Source of the DNA: Candidatus Harrisonbacteria bacterium
GTDB taxonomy: Bacteria > Patescibacteriota > Minisyncoccia > UBA6257 > 02-FULL-45-10c
Length of the DNA: 64,000 nt
Reading direction: 5' to 3'
Assembly (NCBI GenBank): GCA_016192685.1
Contig: JACPTS010000001.1
Span: 311,647-375,646, forward strand
The position numbers and the translations under genes are program-made. Positions 29,330 through 37,983 of the stretch are shown piece after piece (the first letter of the stretch is position 1; each line of letters begins with the position of its first letter). The notes under the pieces were generated by a model. That model was not told the DNA's origin. It saw nothing but the letters and a program-made list of their open reading frames with translations, and ran no database searches.

Positions 29330-29992
29330 ATGCTGACAATAAGAAAAGAAAAATATCTTGCTATTAAATTACGCAAGCAAAATAAAAGCTATGATGAAAT
29401 TAATAAAATTCTTGGAATATCTAAGAGTACTTTAGCTGGGTGGCTTAAAAATGACCCCAGTTCTAAAAAAGCAAAATTATTTCTTAATAGCAAATCTAAC
29501 AAAAAGGTAGCTGAAAGAATTCAAAAATTTGTTGAAGAAAATAGAAAACGTCACGAGAATCGAAGAAAAGATATTCGAAATGAAGCAATAAAACAATTTG
29601 AGATCTTACAAAAAGATCATTTATTTATTGCTGGAACAATGCTCTATTGGGCAGAGGGCGATAATAAGCTAGGAAATCCATTTAGATTGACAAACACAGA
29701 TCCAAGAATGATATCTCTGTATATAAAATATTTGATAAAAATCCTTAATATTTCTGAAAAAGAAATACGACCAGCCATTATTCTTTACCCGGATTTATTA
29801 GAAAGGGAATGTATAAAATTTTGGTCAAAAATTACTGGAGTAAATTCTAGTCAATTTTACAAAACTCAATTCATCAAAGGGAAACATCCTACAAAAAGAT
29901 TATCTCACGGTATTTGCATGATAAATTGCAATAATAGACCTACAAAACAAAAAATATTGGCATGGATTGATTTATTGAGTAAAACCTTATAA
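29330..29992 (+). CDS. HTH-domain protein, possibly a degenerate LAGLIDADG-like fold
   Basis: 220 aa; N-terminal HTH (YDEINKILGISKSTLAGWLK); central FIAGTMLYWAEGDN weakly resembles a LAGLIDADG helix; next to tRNA-Gly. Confidence 0.35.
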   Translation: MLTIRKEKYLAIKLRKQNKSYDEINKILGISKSTLAGWLKNDPSSKKAKLFLNSKSNKKVAERIQKFVEENRKRHENRRKDIRNEAIKQFEILQKDHLFIAGTMLYWAEGDNKLGNPFRLTNTDPRMISLYIKYLIKILNISEKEIRPAIILYPDLLERECIKFWSKITGVNSSQFYKTQFIKGKHPTKRLSHGICMINCNNRPTKQKILAWIDLLSKTL

Positions 29993-30005
29993 AATAATTT
30001 ATATT

Positions 30006-30076
30006 GCGGGTATCGTATAGTGGTAATACGTCACCTTGCCAAGGTGAGGTCGCGGGTCCGATTCCCGCTACCCGCT
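30006..30076 (+). tRNA. tRNA-Gly(GCC)
   Basis: cloverleaf, anticodon loop uuGCCaa. Confidence 0.8.
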
Positions 30077-30084
30077 CAGTAAAA

Positions 30085-30118
30085 ATAAAAAACCGCACGT
30101 AAAGTGCGGTATTTATTT
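30085..30118. terminator. bidirectional intrinsic terminator
   Basis: accgcac-gtaaa-gtgcggt with A/T runs on both sides. Confidence 0.65.
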
Positions 30119-33100
30119 TACCAGTTGTAGCCGAGCCAGAAATTCCAGTCTTGCTTTCCGTATAATCCTTTACTGAATCTTGCATTCAGTCCGAGCGCAG
30201 TCGGGATATTTATGAAATATCCGGCGCTTTGCTCTAACTTCAATCCGCGATGCCCTTCAATAAACGGGGATGTTTTATCAAACCACATATCGCCAATATC
30301 ATGATATAACCCGCCGCGAATATCCAGATAAACGGTAAGCGGAGCAAACGCTTCACCAATTGGTCCGCTTATCACCGCGCCAGCCGCATTGAGAATCGGA
30401 AAACGCAATTCCGTGCTTTGCATGAGATAGCTGTTGCCCGCCTGACTGAATAACGGAATGCCTCGGAAAGTTTGATTGCCGCCCCAGATGAAAATAGTGG
30501 AATTGGGGCCGAAACTTCGGCCGCCAACCGCGCGCAATGCCAAACCGGCTCGCTCAGCGAGCGGCAAATGATATCGGGCATCCGCGTTTATTTCAATAGT
30601 TTGGAATCCTTTCTTGTGGTCAAAACCAATTTCGGTTCCGGTAAAAACCGCGGCTCCGGAATGCGGGCCGTGGCAATACCATTGATTGGCTTGGCAGTCC
30701 CAGATAGTGGTGTCTAAACTCAAGCTGGTGCCGAGCTTGGAACGCCACCATTGTACCGTGCCGGAATCCCGTTCATTTCTCACCGTTTGTTCTTTGAGGG
30801 TAACATCCCAATTGAGGAATTCATGCAGGAAGATATTTTGCGAAACGCCGACATCCATTTTATGGCGCCGGCCGTCAAAATTCCAATAGTCAAGCAGATA
30901 AGATCTGCCGGTATGCAAATTGTAATACTGGATATCCGCAAACCCCTGATTGCTGTTTTGGAGGTAAACATTGGCTGCCAATAATCGGTCATTAATTTCA
31001 TCAAGGGCCATTCCTTGCAGAGCCAGATAGCTGTTGATGCCGCCGCCGCCGAAAATAACGCCGCCAACGCCTTGAGCCTGCATTATTCTGGGCAACTTCA
31101 ATAAATTTCGGTATCGCTTTGGAATGCCGGATTTGGTATTCCATTGCCTAGCGGGAACCGCTGTTTGTTTTGAATTAACGCCGTAAGAAGAATAAACAAT
31201 CAAGTACGGAGAATTTTCGTCATTAGTTTCCATCAGGCCGCTTCCGTATACCCTTATGTTTCTATCCAGACCATAGGCATTGCCGACGGTTAAAAAGAGA
31301 GTATCATTTTTTAATTCAGCTTTTTTGACTAGCGGGATTCCGGAAGCAACCGGTGTCAGGCTGCTGGAAGCGGTGTCAAACAGAAAAATATCCAAACCAG
31401 TTTCTTTCTGCGGAACAATAAGGAATATTTTCGCTCCGTTCAGAAGCGGGTACCAGGCGATTTGTTTTTCCACCTTGACGTTCTCGGGAAAAATTTTATC
31501 CCAAGTTTTATCGGTTTCGGTGGTTACATCAAGTTCGCTGATGCTGGCATTCCATTTTTTATCCAATACCAGAATTTTGGTTTCCGATACAAAAGCCGCG
31601 TCTTGTATTTCATAGAATTCTTTACGGAATTTCTTTTTTTCTTTGCCTATTGCGTCGTAAAGAATAATTTTTGTGCGGCTCTTATCAGCCCAAATGAAAT
31701 AACGCTGGTCCGGAGACAACTTGGACAGGAAACGATTGCTTCCGGAAGATTCAGACGTGATTTCCGTATCTAGGTCATGGATTTTACCCTCCAGCCAATC
31801 GTAGATATAAGATTCTTTGTATATCACTTCTTCTTCCGGGTTTTGGGCATCGGTAATTTCGCTGTTTTTTTCAATGCTTATCATCCGCCTTTGCAATAAG
31901 GCGTTGGTTCCCGCAAGTAAAGAAATGCCGCCGTAATGTTTCATCTTTTTGAATTCATCAAGAGTGAATTGGATTGCCGTTCCAGTGGAAGAATCTGTGA
32001 GCCAGAAGCGCATTTCCGTATCGCCGCTCTTGAGAACTTCCATTGATAATTTTCTGTTTTCAACAAATAGCGCCCTGGTTTTATCTGAAGACAATGCTAC
32101 GTCAAAAATCGTCTTAGATTCCGCATCGGGAATTTTTTCACGCAGGCGCCGCACTTCAGGCCTATCCCATATTGAATCAGTGGAATGGCTGGAAGTGTTC
32201 GCAGTTACGGATGTTGAAATTGAGATTGTTTGGGGAAAAGGAGCGGTTTTTACCGACATTTCTCCTCGGGAAATAAAATTGAACGCCAATCCGCCATCGC
32301 CAAACCATTGGGGCCTAAAGATGCCGATTTTCGCGTCAGTCAATACTTCGTCAACGCGCGTGAAAAGATTGTAGCGGTGAATATTATGCGCCAATCCTTT
32401 ATCGCTGATATACAGCAAGTGGGCGCCATCAGAGGAACAAGCCGCGTAAAATTCGCTTTCCGGCGTTTGGGTTAAAAATGTAAATGTTCCGGCCGCAAGA
32501 TCGTAGAGCGCCAAGTCGTAAGAATTATTAACTTCGTTTTCAACGGAGGTAATAAGCGCGTTGCGCATTTTTGAGTAAGCCAGGCCGCGATAAGTTCGTT
32601 GGGTTGAAGTCAATTGTTTTACGGTTCCGGAACTAATATCGGCCAAAAAAAGTTCGGCGAATACGCCGTCGGCTCTGCCGACAAACGCCGCTTCTCGGTC
32701 ATTCAATATAATAGGATGCCGCATTTCGCGTATGCCATTGAATTGATGCTTAGATTTTTTGCCAAGATGAAATTTCTTTTTGTCTTTATCAAATGAAAAC
32801 TGCTGGATGACAAGCGCGTCTTGGCCGCCGACATCTATGGCGTAAGCCAGCGTTGCGCTGGAAGCAAATGACGCGCCGTGTTCCTGAAAGCCGAATTCCG
32901 GAGAAAGCTCCACTTCAAATCCTCTGACATCAACGCTTTTTAATCGGCCGCCTTCAACTAATTTTTTGGATTTTACAGCTGTGCCGTCAGTCCAGTTGAG
33001 AAACAGCGTTTCCCGGCCGTAAACTTCTTTTTTGGTGATGAAGAATTGATCGCGAGCGGCCAGAAGTGTTCCGTCGCCAATTGATATTGCTTCATCGGCA

Positions 33101-34017
33101 ATATCGGTTTTTATCCGAAGAGGCGAGTAGCGCTGTTCAATGTGCCGCCAGAGTTTTTTATCAAATTCTTCCAGGGTGTCACCGGTTGCCTTTTTAAAAG
33201 CTTTGGCGAATTTCATTTCTGCGCTGGCTTTAAGAATGGCGCTGATAACATCGCCTTTTTCTTTATAATGAGCGGCCATAAAGTGGAGAATGAATTCTCC
33301 TTCTTTATAGACCAAGCTGGTGTACCAGGGGCTCCATTTACTGATTCTCGCGAGATAGCCGTTAAGATAAGCGTCTCGCATAACCAGCTCTCCGCGCGGA
33401 TCCCATTCGTGGGCCATATGTTCAGCTGACCCCTCTATGAACCAGAGAGGCAAATCGCGGAACATAAAGTTCATCAGCGTAAGCCGAAGAAATTCGCCTT
33501 GATATCTGTGAGTCAATTCATGTCTTAATAGCCTTTGGAATCCTCGCGGTGAATCGCGGAAGGCGATAACTACGCGTTTCCATTTAATCATCTCGGTTTC
33601 GCCGCCCAATCCCTTGGGCACCAATCCCCAGATAATATTTGCCTCTTCGAAATCGCGGGAAGAATTGAAAATCACGATGCGGATTTTCTCCGCAAAATGA
33701 TTCATGTTCATTTTCTCGCTGAATTCCTTATAGGTTGCTTCGGCGTTTTCAAGATAGAGAGCCGCCAGTTGTTCGCTGTTGCCGTAAGTGTAAATTTGAA
33801 AGTGCGGAGATTCCAGCACTTTCCAATCGTATTTGCCGTAACGCGGTTTATTTTTGTGGAGATGGCCGTTGGGCAAAAAATCCACGTATTTGAAGTCAAT
33901 TTCCGGAAAAATATATCTCTCTAATGTTTCCAGTGTGTCAGCATAGCTTTGAGTTTTGAAACTAAGCGAAGCAATAAGAATTGCAGACAAAAACAGCAAT
34001 TTCTGTTTTAGCTTCAT
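30118..34017 (-). CDS. giant outer-membrane protein: signal peptide + zincin-like HExxH domain + TolB-like beta-propeller + C-terminal Omp85/BamA-like barrel
   Basis: about 1300 aa from ATG 34017 (MKLKQKLLFLSAILIASLSF); HELTHR...E motif; PD40-like repeats; C-terminus GGNQTFRGIP...ELRFPIL...GHRGLKLEQSAGYFINIP...NFWLGYNW resembles the Omp85 barrel. ORF-track start 34080 lies inside the promoter. Confidence 0.55.
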   Translation of the reverse strand: MKLKQKLLFLSAILIASLSFKTQSYADTLETLERYIFPEIDFKYVDFLPNGHLHKNKPRYGKYDWKVLESPHFQIYTYGNSEQLAALYLENAEATYKEFSEKMNMNHFAEKIRIVIFNSSRDFEEANIIWGLVPKGLGGETEMIKWKRVVIAFRDSPRGFQRLLRHELTHRYQGEFLRLTLMNFMFRDLPLWFIEGSAEHMAHEWDPRGELVMRDAYLNGYLARISKWSPWYTSLVYKEGEFILHFMAAHYKEKGDVISAILKASAEMKFAKAFKKATGDTLEEFDKKLWRHIEQRYSPLRIKTDIADEAISIGDGTLLAARDQFFITKKEVYGRETLFLNWTDGTAVKSKKLVEGGRLKSVDVRGFEVELSPEFGFQEHGASFASSATLAYAIDVGGQDALVIQQFSFDKDKKKFHLGKKSKHQFNGIREMRHPIILNDREAAFVGRADGVFAELFLADISSGTVKQLTSTQRTYRGLAYSKMRNALITSVENEVNNSYDLALYDLAAGTFTFLTQTPESEFYAACSSDGAHLLYISDKGLAHNIHRYNLFTRVDEVLTDAKIGIFRPQWFGDGGLAFNFISRGEMSVKTAPFPQTISISTSVTANTSSHSTDSIWDRPEVRRLREKIPDAESKTIFDVALSSDKTRALFVENRKLSMEVLKSGDTEMRFWLTDSSTGTAIQFTLDEFKKMKHYGGISLLAGTNALLQRRMISIEKNSEITDAQNPEEEVIYKESYIYDWLEGKIHDLDTEITSESSGSNRFLSKLSPDQRYFIWADKSRTKIILYDAIGKEKKKFRKEFYEIQDAAFVSETKILVLDKKWNASISELDVTTETDKTWDKIFPENVKVEKQIAWYPLLNGAKIFLIVPQKETGLDIFLFDTASSSLTPVASGIPLVKKAELKNDTLFLTVGNAYGLDRNIRVYGSGLMETNDENSPYLIVYSSYGVNSKQTAVPARQWNTKSGIPKRYRNLLKLPRIMQAQGVGGVIFGGGGINSYLALQGMALDEINDRLLAANVYLQNSNQGFADIQYYNLHTGRSYLLDYWNFDGRRHKMDVGVSQNIFLHEFLNWDVTLKEQTVRNERDSGTVQWWRSKLGTSLSLDTTIWDCQANQWYCHGPHSGAAVFTGTEIGFDHKKGFQTIEINADARYHLPLAERAGLALRAVGGRSFGPNSTIFIWGGNQTFRGIPLFSQAGNSYLMQSTELRFPILNAAGAVISGPIGEAFAPLTVYLDIRGGLYHDIGDMWFDKTSPFIEGHRGLKLEQSAGYFINIPTALGLNARFSKGLYGKQDWNFWLGYNW

Positions 34018-34056
34018 GATTATTTTCTTTATTTGGATATCAATGAATCTGAATAG

Positions 34057-34085
34057 ATTGTACGGAAAAATAGCGGACAAGTCAA
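34057..34085 (-). promoter_or_regulatory. sigma70-type promoter of the giant OMP gene
   Basis: minus strand TTGACT - 17 nt - TACAAT. Confidence 0.5.
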
Positions 34086-34159
34086 AGCGCTGTTTTCCTT
34101 GCTCTTTTTTGGGGTTGCGCTTACTATTTTAATAGATTGCCTTTGAAAATTAATTAGAG

Positions 34160-34699
34160 ATGAACATACATGATTTTTTTGCGTCCCTGAAAGGTAATGG
34201 CCAGGAATTGTTAAACGGGTTAGATGAGCTTAGGAAGCGCCTGGGATTGGAAAGGCTTTATTTAATTTATGCCAATGAGCAAGAAATAGTGTGGGGAACT
34301 CGCGGCACAGAGGTTGATTATGAAAATGTCGCTCGAGAACTTTTGAAATTTGTTCAGGAACATACCGGCCTGAATTATGATACGGAAATGACTAGACTGG
34401 TGGTCTTTGGAAATGAGATGGCAGAAGTGGATTATGTGCTAAATAAGGAATTGATACCTTATATTGAGAGCCATGAAGGCCGCTTGGAAATAGTGTCTAT
34501 CAGTGAAAATACCGGAGAAATTGTTGTTTCTTTGCGCGGAGCTTGCGGCACTTGTCCAAGCGCGATTTTTACCATGAAAGCTGGAATTGAACGAACTTTA
34601 AAAAGCCTCTTGCCTTGGGTGAAGACGGTAAAATCATTTGATAAGCCGGAAGAGCCGGATGAAAAAAATGACTTTCGGGATTACGGGGGCGAAGGATGA
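34160..34699 (+). CDS. NifU/Nfu-like Fe-S cluster scaffold domain protein
   Basis: 179 aa; C-terminal GACGTCPSA CxxC motif of the Nfu/NifU C-terminal domain. Confidence 0.6.
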   Translation: MNIHDFFASLKGNGQELLNGLDELRKRLGLERLYLIYANEQEIVWGTRGTEVDYENVARELLKFVQEHTGLNYDTEMTRLVVFGNEMAEVDYVLNKELIPYIESHEGRLEIVSISENTGEIVVSLRGACGTCPSAIFTMKAGIERTLKSLLPWVKTVKSFDKPEEPDEKNDFRDYGGEG

Positions 34700-34778
34700 C
34701 GCCCCATTTTTTTACTTGACTAAATAATTAAAATCGCCTACGCTTATAAAAGTTTCTTGAATTATCAAATCAAGCAGA

Positions 34779-35459
34779 ATGGCCTCCAAGAGACAGCTGA
34801 TTCTTCTAACTTATGCCCTGATATTCAATTTTGCTTTTCCCAACCGGGTTTCGGGACAAAATACCAAACTTTCCGTAGAAACGGCTTTTGGCAACTACCA
34901 ATTTCCAGGAGCATTTCTCAGAGTAGACAAGTCATTGGTTACGACACCGGATAATTTTGAGGGAAGCATCCGGGAAGTCCGAATCGCTTATGCTTTATTT
35001 GAATCTTGGTCAATTGGACTGCAATTATTCAAGGTGGAAGCTGACGGCTATGGCCAATGGGCCAGATCTGACACTTCGGAAATTCTTGCCGCCAATAATG
35101 TCGCTGGGACAATCAGCGGCCGGACTGATTGGGATATGAAAGGAGCCGCGGTTGATTTTGAATTCCAGCCTAAGAAATTTTGGAAAAATAAAGTTATTCC
35201 TTATCTTCGGTCCGGAGTGGGTGTCGCGGAACTGGCCGTAACTTTCAATGGCCAATTTGATGGTCATGAAACTTTCAGCGGCTTCAATTTTCCCGTAAAT
35301 GAGCCGGCGGTAGATAGGGTAATCACTCAGATACCGATTGTAACTTCGGAACTCGGTTGCCACTTCCGCCTGACAAATAAGCTTTTGGTTTCCGGTTCTT
35401 ACTATTGGAATATGGGCGGCCATGGCCCGAAAGGAGCTTTAATTTTGGAATTATTTTAA
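34779..35459 (+). CDS. small outer-membrane beta-barrel protein (OmpW/OmpA-like)
   Basis: 226 aa; signal peptide; alternating beta-strand pattern; C-terminal ...LILELF. Confidence 0.5.
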   Translation: MASKRQLILLTYALIFNFAFPNRVSGQNTKLSVETAFGNYQFPGAFLRVDKSLVTTPDNFEGSIREVRIAYALFESWSIGLQLFKVEADGYGQWARSDTSEILAANNVAGTISGRTDWDMKGAAVDFEFQPKKFWKNKVIPYLRSGVGVAELAVTFNGQFDGHETFSGFNFPVNEPAVDRVITQIPIVTSELGCHFRLTNKLLVSGSYYWNMGGHGPKGALILELF

Positions 35460-35460
35460 A

Positions 35461-35487
35461 AGAGGCAAATGCCTCTTTTGTTTTTTG
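35461..35487 (+). terminator. intrinsic terminator
   Basis: agaggca-aat-gcctct + tttgttttttgtttttt. Confidence 0.7.
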
Positions 35488-35517
35488 TTTTTTCAAATTA
35501 TATTTAACTTATTGATC

Positions 35518-35589
35518 GCCCTCGTCGTTCAACGGATAGGACGCAAGATTGCGGATCTTGTAATAGAGGTTCAACTCCTCTCGAGGGCA
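35518..35589 (+). tRNA. tRNA-Arg(GCG), unusual anticodon
   Basis: perfect acceptor/T/anticodon stems; loop uuGCGga; A20 present; the ORF-track ORF 35485..35760 is spurious. Confidence 0.7.
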
Positions 35590-35606
35590 CTAAAGTTTGA
35601 CAAGGC

Positions 35607-35629
35607 GGTGCGCGCTGAGGGGATAGAAC
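35607..35629. repeat. duplicated 3' end of tRNA-Val (pseudo-tRNA fragment)
   Basis: gtgcgcgctgaggggatagaacc vs tRNA-Val 3' end (minus strand) tgcgcgctgagggaattgaaccc at 35771-35795. Confidence 0.6.
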
Positions 35630-35732
35630 CGCTCGGAAACCCTCGGTTTTCCGACGGTCGCCTACGGCGACCTGCCTTCCGATACGGGAAACTCCCGTTT
35701 CCCGACCCCTTCCCGTTCAATTCCCTCAAGCT

Positions 35733-35770
35733 AAAAATAAAAATTACCGATGAACGGTAATTTTTATTTT
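35733..35770. terminator. AT-rich 16-bp hairpin downstream of tRNA-Val
   Basis: aaaataaaaattaccg-atgaa-cggtaatttttatttt. Confidence 0.5.
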
Positions 35771-35771
35771 G

Positions 35772-35843
35772 TGCGCGCTGAGGGAATTGAACCCCCGACC
35801 TTTGCTGTGTAAAAGCACTGCTCTGCCGCTGAGCTAAGCGCGC
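35772..35843 (-). tRNA. tRNA-Val(TAC)
   Basis: cloverleaf; anticodon loop uuUACac. Confidence 0.75.
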
Positions 35844-35887
35844 AATTATTATGAATATAAAATAAAAGAACCTTTTTGGGAAGGTTC

Positions 35888-36325
35888 TTAATCAGGAGAC
35901 ACATCTCGATTGGAATAAATTAGTTTGACTATTGCTTTTGATTCTCCTTCTTCATTGGCAATCCTTGCTTCCACAAATACTAATTTTTTGGTTAATCGCT
36001 TCAATTCTGCCCAGGCCAGAATTTTTTTATCTTTTCCAAAAATGGTTTTCCGATAGCATCGGAGCTGGGAAATTATCAGAGGGGGAAAACGCTCGCATTG
36101 CATTTTAGCAACTTGGACTCCGGCAAAATTGGCAAGAGCGCCCAATTCGCCGCCATTAACAATATAAGTGCCTTCTTCTTTTACGCATAAAGCCAAAGTA
36201 ACCGGAGTTGAGACAATTGCCGTTCGTTCAGTCAGGCCATCTAATTGGAATTTGTGCTTTTCTTTAATGCAGGGATGATTATTAAAATCCTTTTTAATCT
36301 TCTCAATCTTTTCTTTTTCTTCCAT
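35888..36325 (-). CDS. hotdog-fold thioesterase (PaaI/YbgC-like)
   Basis: 145 aa; YIVNGGELGALANFAGVQVA resembles the PaaI active-site region. Confidence 0.5.
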   Translation of the reverse strand: MEEKEKIEKIKKDFNNHPCIKEKHKFQLDGLTERTAIVSTPVTLALCVKEEGTYIVNGGELGALANFAGVQVAKMQCERFPPLIISQLRCYRKTIFGKDKKILAWAELKRLTKKLVFVEARIANEEGESKAIVKLIYSNRDVSPD

Positions 36326-36417
36326 TCCTATATTTAATTTTTTTTGTTCTATAAGAACTTTAAATCAAATGGCTATTTTTTGTCAATCAATTCTTTGATT
36401 TTTTTGATATAAAGCTG

Positions 36418-36490
36418 TGGGTCAGGATGGAATCGGACCATCGATCCCCAAGGTATAAGCTTGGTGCTTTAACCGCTAAGCTACTGACCC
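36418..36490 (-). tRNA. tRNA-Ile(TAT), unusual anticodon
   Basis: anticodon loop cuUAUac with perfect stems; T-loop UCCGAUU (C55) is atypical. Confidence 0.65.
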
Positions 36491-36530
36491 ATTTATAAAA
36501 TTATATATAAACTAACATTTTTTGAAACTA

Positions 36531-36558
36531 TTGACAAATTATTATAGTATGGTATAAT
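36531..36558 (+). promoter_or_regulatory. consensus sigma70 promoter
   Basis: TTGACA - 16 nt - TATAAT, then SD aaggagg before ATG 36607. Confidence 0.55.
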
Positions 36559-36606
36559 TATTTTAGTACATTGAGTTCTGAAAATTCTTAAAAACAAGGA
36601 GGTAGT

Positions 36607-37008
36607 ATGGAGTGGGGGCAATTGGTGCTTGTAACTATTCGGGTGCTTTCGGGAATATCCTTAGTCTCTTTTTCTTTATTTATGATTTACGAAATGCTTC
36701 CAGATTGGGAACGTTGTCGCAATCTTTTGCCAGAAAAACCAGAATATTCAAAAGATATAAATTATATACGCCGTCTAAATGCAGAATTACTTTGGAAAAA
36801 TGAATGTTTGTCATCTTTGGGAAACTACTTATTTATATCATTACCTCTAACTTGTTTCGGACTAACATTAATAACTGAAAAAGATTTTTTATCAATAATT
36901 GGAGTTTTCTCTTTCCTTTTATTTTTGTCTTATCTTGCCATAAGCACAGTAATTTCTTGGATTCAGAAAACAATCAAAAAAGGAGGAGTGAAATGTACAT
37001 CTCAATAG
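36607..37008 (+). CDS. hypothetical polytopic membrane protein
   Basis: 133 aa, 3-4 TM helices, strong SD. Confidence 0.45.
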   Translation: MEWGQLVLVTIRVLSGISLVSFSLFMIYEMLPDWERCRNLLPEKPEYSKDINYIRRLNAELLWKNECLSSLGNYLFISLPLTCFGLTLITEKDFLSIIGVFSFLLFLSYLAISTVISWIQKTIKKGGVKCTSQ

Positions 37009-37202
37009 AGATGCTTGTGACGATGTGGTGCGGCCTTGGATTGATCGGCTTCATCAATGCGCTCCAGAAGCTTTACGGCGGAATCGCCGCAGGAATCTTG
37101 GCTATAAGATGGGAACTTGGCTATGATCTTAGCGTTTCGCTCATGGGAGGACCTTTCTCGCTTCTTTTTTCAATCAACCCTTGGCTTCCACTATCAAAGT
37201 AA
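36993..37202 (+). CDS. small hypothetical membrane protein (GC-rich)
   Basis: 69 aa from ATG 36993 preceded by SD aaaggaggagtg; two TM helices; followed by terminator agccccgc-gcttacatag-gcggggct + tttgtttttt at 37204-37245. Confidence 0.45.
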   Translation: MYISIEMLVTMWCGLGLIGFINALQKLYGGIAAGILAIRWELGYDLSVSLMGGPFSLLFSINPWLPLSK

Positions 37203-37263
37203 CCAACAGCCCCGCGCTTACATAGGCGGGGCTTTTGTTTTTTAAAAACCTCGCGTCAAACTG

Positions 37264-37295
37264 GTTAACAATATTACGATCGTAACATTGTTAAC
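37264..37295. repeat. 32-bp near-perfect palindrome GTTAACAATATTACGATCGTAACATTGTTAAC
   Basis: centre CGATCG, ends GTTAAC; second copy at 37915-37946. Confidence 0.8.
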
Positions 37296-37316
37296 TAAAA
37301 TAATTTATTCTTTTAT

Positions 37317-37889
37317 CTAATTTAATGACCCCTTTTTAATTACCCTAAAAATATGTATATAAGAAGTTAATTCGAGTTTTTCTATATCAAATAAAAAATC
37401 TTCTGGAATTTTATATTCTCCCGCCCACACACTTTTTTGCAGCATTTCAAATGCTAATAATTTTAATTGTTTTCTTAACCATATTCTTTTATATTTTAAT
37501 CTTTCCGGTATGTCAAAAATTATAAGATTTAAAGCACTATCTTTATGGGGTGCGTATAATCTTTTCGGAAAATAAGCAGTTTTGAATATTTTAATTTTTT
37601 CTAATTTTTGTATACCGTTTTTAGTAATTTGCCAATGCGATAACCCTTTTATTTTTTGTTTTTTTATAAAACCCTGTTTTTTAAGACGAGAAAGTAGGGC
37701 GAAAAAGCTTTTTTCTTGTAATCTTTCAATCTGTTTTTTATTTAGTTTTTCAGGATAAGTATAACCGTGCATTACTCGGCGCATTGCCTTGTAAGTTTTT
37801 TGATATCCAGGAATAATGTCGTCTATAAGTTCGGCGGTAACTAAAACTTTATGGCGCAATTTTTTTAATATAATTTCTGTTTGGGTCAT
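37317..37889 (-). CDS. hypothetical protein bracketed by two 32-bp palindromes
   Basis: 190 aa, Lys-rich, possible N-terminal winged-helix; no identifiable catalytic motif. Confidence 0.45.
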   Translation of the reverse strand: MTQTEIILKKLRHKVLVTAELIDDIIPGYQKTYKAMRRVMHGYTYPEKLNKKQIERLQEKSFFALLSRLKKQGFIKKQKIKGLSHWQITKNGIQKLEKIKIFKTAYFPKRLYAPHKDSALNLIIFDIPERLKYKRIWLRKQLKLLAFEMLQKSVWAGEYKIPEDFLFDIEKLELTSYIHIFRVIKKGSLN

Positions 37890-37914
37890 ACTTATATTTT
37901 ATTCATTAACGCTA

Positions 37915-37946
37915 GTTAACAACATTACGATCGTAATATTGTTAAC
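37915..37946. repeat. 32-bp palindrome copy 2 (GTTAACAACATTACGATCGTAATATTGTTAAC)
   Basis: located 26-57 nt upstream of the start of gene 37317..37889 (operator-like position). Confidence 0.8.
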
Positions 37947-37983
37947 TAATTAAAAATTAACGGAAAAACTAATTTCTTGATTT

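Noticed and set aside
29330-29992. Second LAGLIDADG homing endonuclease
   Set aside because: Only a weak FIAGTMLYWAEGD resemblance to the motif. The acidic residues are in the wrong positions. Left as an HTH-domain hypothetical.
35485-35760. ORF 35485..35760 (+) and ORF 52886..53335 (-)
   Set aside because: They overlap clear tRNA genes (tRNA-Arg with the pseudo-tRNA region, and tRNA-Leu(TAG)) and have no RBS, so they are judged spurious.
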